A DNA stretch of 63,874 nucleotides, counting the filler, from Reclinomonas americana ATCC 50394 (Eukaryota), in NCBI GenBank assembly GCA_048213135.1. It is 12 parts of 12 records of this genome, joined end to end, with 100 filler letters (N's around TTAATTAATTAA, not from the genome) between each part and the next. Parts side by side here need not be neighbours in the genome. Positions count along the whole stretch, not along the records: positions 35,308 to 38,482 come from AFZH01018802.1; positions 38,583 to 43,104 come from AFZH01018803.1; positions 43,205 to 50,745 come from AFZH01018804.1; 9 more parts are not named here. The stretch is one strand, 5' to 3'. Both the position numbers and the translations under genes were made by a program. Under the pieces are notes generated by a model. It ran no database searches and was not told the origin of the DNA. It saw only the letters and a list, made by a program, of their open reading frames with translations. Numbering within the stretch: the first letter of the stretch is position 1; each line of letters starts with the position of its first letter. This document shows, in pieces, positions 35,345 to 46,141 of this stretch.

Positions 35345-36864
35345 TCATTTCGCGGCCGCTCGCCACCCGGCGCCACCTCGTGCACGAACTTTGTGCAGAG
35401 TCCGATTGGTTGGATTGCACCTGTATTCTTTGGGTTGACGGCCATTGAGCACCTCATGTATGCCACCTGGTTGCGGGAGGAGTACCGTCACGGCTTGGTG
35501 CGCTTCCAGAACAAGTACCGCTGGTTGTTCTACGCCGTGTCCGCCGGCATGATGAGCATTCTGGTCATGCAGATCGCGGCAGAGGTGCAGTGTAGAGGAA
35601 ACGGTCTTTTTTCCTGCCTTGCATTCGTTCACTCATTGCGACGCAGTTGAGCATCGGAGGCGCCATTCTCAGCCTGGTGCTCACGGCCGGTGTGATGCTG
35701 GACGGGTTGGTGTTTGAGCAGCAGAATGCGGCGGCCATGGCCTACAGCGCCACCATGCCGGAGCTGATTGGCAGCAACGATGCGCGCACGCAGGTCAACT
35801 GGTGGGCCGTGCACAGTGCCTGGCTCAAGACCGTCGGCTACTGGACGGTGGTGTGGTGGTCGGCCATTAGCAATGGACCGGAGATTCCCAAGTTTGTGTG
35901 GGCGCTCATCTCGGTTACGTTTTTGTCGTGGTCGTCGTTTGGTGAGTGCGGAGGGGATGAAGGGGAAAGGGAGGAAAGGGGGGAAGGGGAAGGGGGAATG
36001 GGAGGAAGAGGAGAGGAGAGGAGAGGAGAGGAGAGGAGAGGAGAGGAGAGGAGAGGAGAGGAGAGGAGAGGAGAGGAGAGGAGAGGGAGGAGAGGAGAGG
36101 GTGAGGAAGAGGGTGAGGAAGAGGGTGAGGAAGAGGAAGAGGGAGAGGAAGAGGGGAGAGAGGAGAGGAAGAGGAAGAGGAGAGGAGAGGAGAGGAGAGG
36201 AGAGGAGAGGAGAGGAGAGGAGAGGAGAGGAGAGGGGAGAGAGAGGAGAGAGGGAGGAGAGGAGAGGGAAGGAGCAGGAGAGGGAAGGAGCAGGAGAGGA
36301 GAGGAGAGGGGAGGAGAGGAGAGGGGGGAGAGGAGCAAGAGCAAGAACAGGAGAGGAGAGAGGAGGGGAGGGGAGAGGAGAGGAGAAGAGAAGAGGGAGA
36401 AGAGGAGAGGAGAGGAGAGGGGGGAGAGGGAGAGAAGGAGAAGAAGAAGAAGAAGAAGAAGAAGTGGAGGAGGAGGAGAAGGGGAAGGAAGACGAAGGAG
36501 GAGGAGGAGAGAGTGAGTGAGGAGAAACAGGAGAATAAGACAGAAGAGATGAGAAGGGAAGGGAAGCGAAAGGGAGACAAGAGTCATGGGAAGGAGAGCA
36601 GAGACAAGAAGGGAAGAGAAGAGAAGAAGAACGCACCTCGTTCATCGCTCATCTCATTCCCCCTCCTTCTCCTCTCTCCCTTCCCTCCACTCCCTCTCCC
36701 TCTTCCCTCCTCCAGGCTTTGTTCCCATCGGCACCCACCTGCGCCGCCGCCTCGGCGCCAAGGCATACCTCGAGGGCGAAATGACCTACATCATTCTCAG
36801 CTTCGTCGCCAAGACGCTGCTCGGGTGGATCTATCTCGGCGCCTCCAACAATGGAGGGAACTGA
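35345..36864 (+). CDS. Heliorhodopsin (TM2-TM7 present; TM1 not found, probably in the gap); exons 35345-35584, 35647-35941, 36716-36864
   Basis: PIGWIAPVFFGLTAIEH (TM2), Y...QNKYRWLFYAVSAGMM (TM3), GLVFEQ (TM4), IPKFVWALI..SSFG (TM6) and YLEGEMTYIILSFVAKTLLGWIYLG (TM7, SxxxK with the retinal Lys at 36811-36813). Intron phases (0, 1) join in frame. Confidence 0.93.
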
Positions 36865-37820
36865 TTCAGAGAGAGATAGAGAGGGAGTATAAATGCATGA
36901 AGGGAAGGATATGTGACAACTTGCAAAGGAGTCCGAGGTCAGCGTAAAGTGAGAACAACAACAGTCTGCAGAGCCTGCTGCGCAAGAATGGATGTTTTGG
37001 ATATGGTTGGACTTGGACATCAAGACATCTGCTGCTTGGAACGCGATTTTGTTTTGTGAAACATTGAACACTTCGAGTGTCCTCAGCACCCACAGGACCC
37101 GCCATTGTCCACATACCCGAACCATGGAGGTGCGGCAGTCTCCCTCCTTCTCCCCTTTCATCTCTCTATGCCTCACAGCTGTCACGCACTCACACTCTCC
37201 CTGCTCGTCATCAATGTGTAATGTTTGTCTACTTTTGTTAAGGTTACACAGACTACCCCTCTAACCGCTCTCACTGCGCCCATTGACCCCGTGCCGATTG
37301 CCATTGCGCCCGTCGAGCAGCCCTTGTACACTGTGATTGCCGTGTCGGTGCGCGCGCTCCCCCCATCTTCTTTGCCATGTCGGCCACATATTGACTCACT
37401 CTCTTTCTCTCTGTGTGTGCGTAGCGCCCGGTGGACTCGCTCCAGTTCTGGCTCTGAAGAGAGACACAGAAGAGAGTGCACACCTCGTACGACGTGTGTA
37501 CGCCGTCGTCACAATAAGCAAATGAAATTGTGTGAATGACACAAAAAGTCGCGCTCGAGGCAGCTCATGATACAGTCGACGCGCATGCTCTACGACGCGT
37601 GGCACGCACAGATGCGATGGGGAGAGCGTGAGATGGCCATCACAAGATGACCACTGCAAAAAACACAGAGCGACTTCTCACCGTCTCTCTGCACTGTGCG
37701 CTGTCACCCTCTGCATTCTAATGAACACACAACACAGCGACACTGAGGACCTCGATTGGATTTCCGGGACAGACAAATCCGTTGCGTCGATCGTTGGATT
37801 TTGTGTGCGTCGTGCGAGAG

Positions 37821-40800
37821 ATGTCGGATGAGTACTCTGACGAGGCGTCGGAGTCGCCGTTGCCGCAGCCGATGAGTCTGCGAAGGCGAAGGGACTATGA
37901 TGATGAGGAGGACGATGATGATTATCTGAGGGAAGAGGAGGAGGAGGAGGAGGAGGAGCGAGAGAGGGAGAGGGAGGAAGGAAGTGTGCGTCGGGAGCAC
38001 GTGGATGAGTTGGCGAGGAGGTCGCAAGGTTTGTGGGGGGAGGAGGAGAGGAAGGGGAGGAGAAGGGGATCAAAAAAAAAACACTTTGAGTTAACGAGCA
38101 AAACACACTCCCCCTTCGCTATCAAATGTCTCACCGCTCTCTCTCCTTCCACTGCAAGTGCCTCTCCGCTCACACTGGCTTCGTGAACTCTGTCTCTTTA
38201 CACCACAGGACGCTTCTCTTCCCCTTCTCTTCACCCTTCTTCTTCCCCCTTCCTCTTCCCTTCGTCTTCCCTTCGTCTTCCCCCTTCGTCTTCCCCTTCC
38301 GTCTTCCCCTTCGTCTTCCCCCTTCGTCTTCCCCTTCCGTCTTCCCCTTCGTCTTCCCCCTTCTCCTTTCCCCTTCGTCTTCCCCTTCTCCTTCCCCCTT
38401 CTCCTTCCCCCTTCTCTCCCCTTCGTCTTCCCCCTTCTCTTCCCCCTTCTCTTCCCCCTTCCTCTTCTCCCTTCCTCTTCTCNNNNNNNNNNNNNNNNNN
38501 NNNNNNNNNNNNNNNNNNNNNNNNNNTTAATTAATTAANNNNNNNNNNNNNNNNNNNNNNNNNNNNNNNNNNNNNNNNNNNNTATTCCTTCCCCCCTTTT
38601 CCTTCTCCCCTTTTCCTTCCCCCCTTCCTCTCCCCCCTTCCTCTTCCCCTTCCTCTTCCCCCTTCCTCTTCCCCCTTCCTCTTCCCCCTTCCTCTTCCCC
38701 CTTGCTCTTCCCCCTCTTCTCTTCCCCCTTCTCCCTTTCCCTCTCCACCTCCTTGCCTTCACTCCTCTCACTTTCCCTTGCCTTCTTCTCCCCTCTCCAC
38801 GCAGAGCTGCTTCTCTTGCGACCCGTGCTGGAGGAACGAGGCCTTCTGGCCCACGTGGAAGAGGAACTGGCGGCCTGCTCACGTGAGTAAGCATTGTCTT
38901 TGAAAGAGGCAAGTGGCGACTTGCGACTGATCGCTCGTACGCAGAGCTCGGTCACGCCGTGGCACAGTCGTGGATAAACTCAAACATAGAGGTGCGATGG
39001 CGTCACAGTTTTTGCAGCTAACCAAAGCTCACTGTCATCTCTCGTGTGGCGCAGGTGGAACGCCTGACACAGGAACTCACTCAGTTCAAGTCGCTGCTGT
39101 TGGAGGCGCAATCTGTACTTCATGGAGCTCGGGAGAACCTGGAACACACGAACGTGGAGTTGCAGCTGGAGAGGCAGAAACACAAGGAATTGCGTGAGGT
39201 ACGTTCCGTCACTCGCATTGGAGAGGGGGGGAGTGAGACGGTAGTGAGTATTTGTAATCTCTGCCTGTGTCAACACATGCGTCTCTCTCACTCTCACCGT
39301 GGCGACATCTTCTGTGATTGGAGAAGAAGATTTAGACTTGTCTTCGTGACTTTCTTCTGCCCATCACACATGACTACCTCTCACCGTCTCTGTAGCGAGA
39401 TTAATGAGTGATCTGAGAGGAAGAGGAAGTCTCCGTGATTTTCGTCCATCGTTCCCTCTTTCTCTCTCTCTCTCGCTTCTTCGAGGCGATTGGCGAGGAG
39501 CATATGTTCTGCGACCCTCTCTACCCTTCTATTATTGTCTCAGTCGCCTCAAGGACTGTCTCCCTCTCCCGCGAGATAAATGAGTGATTTGAGAGGACGA
39601 GTGTTCAATGATTTTCTGTCGCCAATCTGTCTGTATTACACGACTCTGGCTGTTGCGCCTCCACCTTCCTCCTTTACCCACTGGCTCCACAGAAGTATTC
39701 CTCATTTCTCTTATTCACCACCCATCATTCTGCTCTCCTCGCTGACTTGCTACCATGTCAAATCTCGTGTATTGTTCTCAGTTTCGCTCCTTCTCCTTCC
39801 TTTTATCTTTCTGTGCTATGCACACTTTGCTCATTCGTCTGCTATTTGACTTCTCCCTTCTCTCCTTCTCTCCCTTCTCCCCCTTCTCCCCCTTCTGCCC
39901 TTCTCCCCCTGTTCCCTTCGCCCCTCTCTTCCCTTCTCCCCCTTCCCCTTCCTCCCTCGCACTCTTTCTGAGTGGTTGGACAGGAATAGGGAGGGTGCAG
40001 CAAGTCTTCCTCACATTCTATCTGTTTCACCGCATGTCTCTGTCTTACTCTCACCTTGCCGATGCTGTTTAACTTGAGCGAGTCTTTGCAATTCCTTCTA
40101 CCTGTCTCTCTTTCCTGCCTTCTTTGTCCTCTTTGTGTCATTCTCCACAGCTTCTTCTCACCCCCTCCATTTCCCTTTGCCAATGCAGTCCTCCATGAGA
40201 CGCGAGATGCAACACAACCGCATGGCCACCGAACTCGAGGACCTGCAAAAAAACTACGAAGAGGCAGTGGGCACGAGGAGGCGGCTCGAAAGTCGACTCG
40301 TGGGCCTGGAGCGCGACAACAAGGAAACGTCGTCGGCATTCACCAAGGTCCTCTCCCCTTTCCTTGTTGATCATCACCTGCTCTCCTTGTCTCTCACCTG
40401 CGCGCGCACTCACAGGCAATCTGGGAGCGCGACACACTTCAGAAACAAGTGACCGCACTGCAGTTGCAACTGCGACAGGCGCAGTTGCAGGCCGAGTCCG
40501 CATTGGATCGTAAGAACAGTTCTGTTTGCGACACTGTGGCGGCACGCATACTCGTCGATCTTCTCGTGCTGATTCGTGTTCTCATGCAGAGACGATTGAC
40601 CAGCTGAAAGAGAATCTGGAGGAGGCTTCATCGCCAACGGCGGCCACACCGCGTTCGATGGGTGCGAATGCGCGCATTGTGCTGGACGAGAACGTGCGAC
40701 TGCATCGCAAGGTGAGGCAATGATTTGTGGATTCGCACAAGCAACGAGTGCTCATTCCTCATTGACTCCCCTTCGCCCACTAGGTGCAAGATCTGGAGGC

Positions 40801-43103
40801 CGAAAACAAGCGCCTGACTGAGACTGTGGTGGCCCTGGAGGCGGAGCTCGACCGTGCGCAAGATGAAGAAGAGGCACTGAAGGCTCGGCTCGAAGATCTC
40901 AAGCAGTCCTACTCACTGACGCCGCGTGGGGTGCGTTATCAATGATGTCAGCTGGTGTGATGCAGCATCGCACTCATATTGTTTCACGCAGTTGCCAGCC
41001 CCATCCTGCTTGTCACTCTCGCCCGCCAATGGCAACAAGCCGCCACTGTCGCGGTGCGTTTGTAGAGTAAGAGAGAGAGAGAGAGAAACAGAAGTCTCCA
41101 TTACTCACATATGTCTGTTGTCCTCCACAGTGCACGGTCGGCCACCCTCGTGAGCAGCTTGGTAATCGATCAGCGTCGTGAAAGCAAGATCCACGAAGGC
41201 GACATGGTGCGCTGTTCACAACTTCCTATCAGCCGGTTCTCAAATCGCTCACACTCTGTTTATGCAGGGCTCCATCTTCTCACCCACGGCATCCAGCACC
41301 GGCTGCTCCTCTATTGGTATCACCAATCCACAGACGCTGGCGGATGAGGTCTGCTTGACAAGTCTATTCCTTTTGCATCACCTGCTTGCTGACTCTGTGG
41401 AATGCAGCTGCGCGGTGCCAAGTTCCTCTCCGCACGCACCACACCGATCGGCTCCGATGTTATGAGTCAGCAGCGTGTGTCGCCCGTGCCACCGCTGGAC
41501 ATGGATCGGCTGCCGTCCTCTGGCGTAGCGTACAGCGCGTGCAGTCCGTCGTCCGCGCTGTTGTCGAGCAATGCTGACAATCCTGCACTGACGCCGACAA
41601 TCACGGTGGCGGAGGAGGAGGCAGGGGAAGAGAGGGAGGACGAGGAGGAAAATGATGACGAAAACAGTTTCGATCTGGACAGGAGTAGCGACACGTATGG
41701 GATTCTCGATTCGCCACCAGCCGATGATTCGTCGTATGCGGAGGTGGCGACTGCGGGAGGAAAGGTATGGAAGGTGGTGATGGAGGAGAAGGTGGAGAAG
41801 GTGGGGAAGGGAGAAGGAGGAGCAGAAGAGGGAGAAGGGCAGAAGGGCAAAAGGAGGAGAAGGAGGAGAAGGAGGAGAAGGAGAAGAAGGAGGAGAAGGA
41901 GGCGAAGGAGGCGAAGGAGGAGAAGGAGGAGAAGGAGGAGAAGGAGGAGAAGGAGGAGAAGGAGGAGAAGGAGGAGAAGGAGAAGAAGGAGGAGAAGGAG
42001 GAGAAGGAGGAGAAGGGGGAGAAGGGGAGAAGGGGAGAAGGAGCAGAAGCGAGAAGGAGAAAGAAAAGGGAGAAAGGGGGAGGGAGGGGAAGAGAAGAAG
42101 ACGGAAGGAGAAGGGTGGGCGAAGGGGAAGGGGGAGGAGGGGAAGGTGGAGAAGGGAGAAGTGTGAGGGAAAGGGAAAGAGGGAGACGGAGGGAGAAGAG
42201 AGACGGGAAGAAGAGAGAAGGGGAAGAGGGAGAGAGAAGGGGAGAAGGGAGAAGGGGAAGAAGGGAGAAGTAAGTCAAATAGCAGACAAATGAGCAAAGT
42301 GTGCAAAAAACTGAAAGAGAAAAAGAAGGAGAAGGAGCGAAACTGAGAACAATACACGAGATTTTACATGGTAGCAAGTCAGCGAGGAGAACAGAATGAT
42401 GGGTGGTGAATAAGAGAAATGAGGAATACTTCTAGTGGAGCCAGTAGTGGGTAAAGGAGGAATGTCGAGGCGCAACAGCCGGAGGATGTGTTAGAATATG
42501 AGTTGATCTGTTTATCGATATTCGTCTCTGTTAATCCCCTGCCACTCTCGTTTTCCTTTCTTGCACTGCGATGAAAGAGTCACACCCAGTCTTCTTTATG
42601 CGTTGTGTTCACTTCCGTCACATGTTTTATTGTTCAATTTGATTCCTGCCTCACCTATTGTGCAAACTTTCTGCTGGATCTCATTCCTCATTGCCCCTTG
42701 CATCCTCTTCTCTGTGCCGCTCACTCGCATCCCTTCCCCTCCTTGCCGCTCCTTTCCTCTCTTCTCCCCCTTGTCGTCCACTTTCTTCGTCCCTTTCCTT
42801 CTTGCCATTCTCACTCTCTCCCCTCCCTCTCTCCCCCCTCCCTCTCTCTCCCCTCCCTCCGTACCCCTTTCCTCTCCCACTTGCAGCCCCGCGCCGTGGA
42901 CGTCGACTACAACCTCCTCGCCGGCCTCAACCTGATGAGCCCGAAGGACGACCTCAAGAGCAGCACCAGTGGTCTGGGTGGCTTCCAGGCACACCACACC
43001 CACGTGCGCGTCATGCACGTCAGTGTGCCGCAACTGCCGCTGTTGGGAGTTGATGCTGCTGCAGATGGCGGCAATAACGATGGCAGTGCTGACGATCATG
43101 TTA
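37821..43103 (+). CDS. Long coiled-coil protein with an acidic N-terminus and a disordered C-terminal region; multi-exon, 3' end in the gap
   Basis: MSDEYSDEASE... start. Heptad-rich exons include VERLTQELTQFKSLLLEAQ, MATELEDLQKNYEEAV and VQDLEAENKRLTETVVALEAELDRAQ. Confidence 0.75.
39648..39860 (+). repeat. ~210-bp intronic repeat, copy A (inverted copy B at ~42268-42480)
   Basis: GGCTGTTGCGCC..AGAAGTATTCCTCATTTCTCTTATTCACCACCCATCATTCTG..GTCTGCTATTTGACTT is the reverse complement, with some substitutions, of 42268-42480. Confidence 0.85.
42268..42480 (-). repeat. ~210-bp intronic repeat, copy B (inverted relative to copy A)
   Basis: AAGTCAAATAGCAGAC..CAGAATGATGGGTGGTGAATAAGAGAAATGAGGAATACTTCT..GGCGCAACAGCC. 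Confidence 0.85.
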
Positions 43104-43591
43104 ANNNNNNNNNNNNNNNNNNNNNNNNNNNNNNNNNNNNNNNNNNNNTTAATTAATTAANNNNNNNNNNNNNNNNNNNNNNNNNNNNNNNNNNNNNNNN
43201 NNNNTCGGCCGGCATCCGGGACTGGACAGCTTGCTGCTGTCGAGTGCGGAGGACGAGCAAATAGGCAGTACGTTGTCGGTGGTGTTGCAGGTGGCCGGCG
43301 TCAATGATGGGATGCTGGCGCCGGGCAGGTCGTGAGGGGTAGTGAATGTGTGGACTGAATGAGGCGGGGGTGTGGGTGGGAGTAAGGGGCTGTCGGCCGT
43401 GACACACGAGTGCGTCGGCTGGTCGCTCTGGGTGGCGACAAAGGCAGGGATACGAACCTGAGCTCAGATTGTAGTTGTGAAGAAGTCTGGCAGTGTACGT
43501 GCTCCCTTCTGGCGCCAAGGCCACCTGCTCACAGCGCAACGTAGCGTCCGTGTCCTGCACGGAAAAATACTTTCGTTACACGCTGATCACC

Positions 43592-44677
43592 ATGTCTCTC
43601 GCTCCTTCTCGCCCTTCTCTCTTCCCTTTCAAGTGCCTCGCAGGGCACACTGCTGCGGTGATGTGTGTCGCCGTCACACCCGATGGTCGGCACATTATCA
43701 GCTCTGACACGTCTCTGCGTGTTTGGTCGCTGGCGAGTGGCGAGGAAGTGCGACGATTGGAGGGACACACAGAGATAGTGTACTCCGTTGCCGTCGCTCC
43801 TGACGGGAAGCACATCGTGAGCAGCAGTCGCGACTCGGTCATTGTGTGGTCGCTGGAGATGAGTGGAGAAGAAGTGCGACGATTGGAGGGACACGCTGGT
43901 TGGGCGTGGTCCGTTGCCTTCACCCCCGACGGTCAACACGTTGTAAGTGGAGGCAGTGATAACACTGTGCGAGTGTGGTCACTGGCAAGTGGAGAAGAGG
44001 TGCGACGCTTGGAGGGGCACACTGAATGGGTGAGATCAGTTGCCGTCACTCCCAACGGCCAGCATATTGTGAGTGGCAGCAGTGATCACACCGTGCGAGT
44101 GTGGTCACTTGTGACTGGCGAGGAGGTACGACGGCTGGAGCGACGCAACGCAGAGGTGCTGACGGTTGTTGTCACTCCCGACAGTGAGTACATTCTGAGT
44201 GGAGGAGGTGACGGAATTGTGCGAGTGTGGTCACTGGCGAGCGGCGAGGAGGTGAAAGGATACAACGAATGGGCGACATCACTCACCATCACCCCCGATG
44301 GGCGGCATGTTGTGAGTGCGAGTTGTGACGGCTTAGCGCGAGTGTCGTCACTGGCGAGTGGAGAAGAAGTGTGGCGGATGGAGGAGCACACCGGTGAGGT
44401 GTGGTGTGTGGCTGTCGCCGTCACTCCCGATGGTCAACACGTTGTGGCCGGCGGAGAGGACAAGGCCGTGCGCGTGTGGTCTACTTCGTGCGGCCTCGCG
44501 CGCTGCGAGGTTGACCTTGCGCGTTCTGCGATGGAGGCCGTGCAGGAGATGCAGAGGGTTGCCTTTGGTGAAGGTGACTCTCGGTGCCTGCCAGAGATGG
44601 TACTGCGCTGCTTCATTGTCGAGGAGGCCGAGGCCATCGTGTATCGCCGAAGAGTCGACCCTGAGTCGCATTTGTGA
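43592..44677 (+). CDS. Intronless WD40-repeat protein (7 repeats) with conserved C-terminal helical tail, array copy 1
   Basis: MSLAPSRPSLF start; repeats GHxxxVxSVAVTPDGxHxVSGxxDxTVRVWSLASGEEVRRLE; tail RCLPEMVLRCFIVEEAEAIVYRRRVDPESHL. Confidence 0.92.
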   Translation: MSLAPSRPSLFPFKCLAGHTAAVMCVAVTPDGRHIISSDTSLRVWSLASGEEVRRLEGHTEIVYSVAVAPDGKHIVSSSRDSVIVWSLEMSGEEVRRLEGHAGWAWSVAFTPDGQHVVSGGSDNTVRVWSLASGEEVRRLEGHTEWVRSVAVTPNGQHIVSGSSDHTVRVWSLVTGEEVRRLERRNAEVLTVVVTPDSEYILSGGGDGIVRVWSLASGEEVKGYNEWATSLTITPDGRHVVSASCDGLARVSSLASGEEVWRMEEHTGEVWCVAVAVTPDGQHVVAGGEDKAVRVWSTSCGLARCEVDLARSAMEAVQEMQRVAFGEGDSRCLPEMVLRCFIVEEAEAIVYRRRVDPESHL

Positions 44678-44845
44678 ATCTTTTCCCGTGGTGATTTGTC
44701 AAGTAAAATGCAGTTGTGATGGAGTTTTGCAGTGTGCATGTTTTCTTCTCACAGCTTGCGAGCTCGGTGTTTTGCGCAACGAAGACACGCCTGCTCACAG
44801 CGTCGACACAAGGCGTCCGCGTCCTGCAATAAGCATCTTTCCACC

Positions 44846-45940
44846 ATGTCTCTCGCTCCTTCTCGCCCTTCTCTCTTCCCTTTCCAATGCATTCGTGGGC
44901 ACCCCGCTACGGTGAAATCTGTCGCCGTCACTCCCGATGGCCGACACATCGTGAGTGGCAGTCACGATGAGACTGTGCGCATGTGGTCACTGGCAAGTGG
45001 CGAGGAAGTGCGACGCTTTGAGGGGCACGTGGGGATCGTGTACTCCGTTGCCATCTCTCCCGATGGTCAGCATGTCGTCAGTGGGAGTGCGGACAAGACT
45101 GTGCGTGTGTGGTCACTGGCAAGCGGAGAAGAGGTGCGACGATTGGAGGGACACGCTGGATGGGTGAGAACTGTCGCTGTCACTCCCGATGGCCAGTTTG
45201 TGGTGAGTGGAAGCAACGATCGCACCGTGCGCGTGTGGTCGCTTGAGAGCGGGCGAGAGGTGCGGCGCTTGGAGGGACACACTGATAGAATTAGATCAGT
45301 CGCCGTCACTCCCAATGGCAAGTTCATTGTGAGTGGCGGCAATGATTGCACTGTACGAGTGTGGTCTTCCGTGAATGGAGAGGAGGTGCGACGGTTTGCG
45401 GGCCTCACCGCCGAGGTGCTGACGGTTGTTGTTGCTCCCGACGGCCATCACGTTTTAAGCGGTGGCGTCGATGGAACAGTGCAATTATGGTCACTGGCGA
45501 GCGGCGAGGAGGTGCGGCGGCTGGGGGAATACGGCGAATGGGTGACAGCACTTGCCGTCACCCCCGACGAGCGGCACGTTGTGAGCGGCAGCGATGACAG
45601 AGCAATACGAGTGTGTTCACTGGCGAGCGGACAAGAAGTGGTACGGATGGAGGGGCACTCTGGCAGGGTTTGGTGTGTCAGTGTCACTCCTGACGGTCAA
45701 CATGTTGTCAGCGGCGGCGAAGACAAGACCGTGCAAGTGTGGTCCACTCCGTGCGGTCTCGCGCGAGAAGAGCTCCACGCAGCGCAAGCGGCGATGTTCG
45801 CTGTGCAGGAGATGGAGCAGCTGGCCTTTGATGAAGGTGACTCTCGGTGCCTTCCAGAGATAGTGCTGCGCTGCTTCATTGTCGAGGAGGCCGAGGCCAT
45901 CGTTTATCGGTACAGCGTGGACCCCGACATGCATTTATGA
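44846..45940 (+). CDS. Intronless WD40-repeat protein, array copy 2
   Basis: Same architecture as copy 1; ends VDPDMHL. Confidence 0.92.
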   Translation: MSLAPSRPSLFPFQCIRGHPATVKSVAVTPDGRHIVSGSHDETVRMWSLASGEEVRRFEGHVGIVYSVAISPDGQHVVSGSADKTVRVWSLASGEEVRRLEGHAGWVRTVAVTPDGQFVVSGSNDRTVRVWSLESGREVRRLEGHTDRIRSVAVTPNGKFIVSGGNDCTVRVWSSVNGEEVRRFAGLTAEVLTVVVAPDGHHVLSGGVDGTVQLWSLASGEEVRRLGEYGEWVTALAVTPDERHVVSGSDDRAIRVCSLASGQEVVRMEGHSGRVWCVSVTPDGQHVVSGGEDKTVQVWSTPCGLAREELHAAQAAMFAVQEMEQLAFDEGDSRCLPEIVLRCFIVEEAEAIVYRYSVDPDMHL

Positions 45941-46141
45941 TGTGAGTTTCCTGATTCTCTTCTTTGCGTTCTCCCTCGTGGATTGTCAAGTAAAAATTGC
46001 AGCTGTGATATTCTGGCCGCGTGTATGTTCTCTACTGGTAGCACGCTGAACACGTTTGCTCACAGCGTCGCATAGACTATGCGTCAGTGTCCTGCATGAA
46101 AAAGCGCACTTCTCGTTGCACGCACGCACACTCCGTTCACC

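Noticed and set aside
35915..36645. Long Leu/Ser/Pro- or Arg/Glu/Gly-rich ORFs here and at 3481-4545, 7283-8047, 34097-35020, 41467-42377 and 60436-61238
   Set aside because: They are stop-poor read-throughs of GA/CT microsatellite introns or intergenic DNA.
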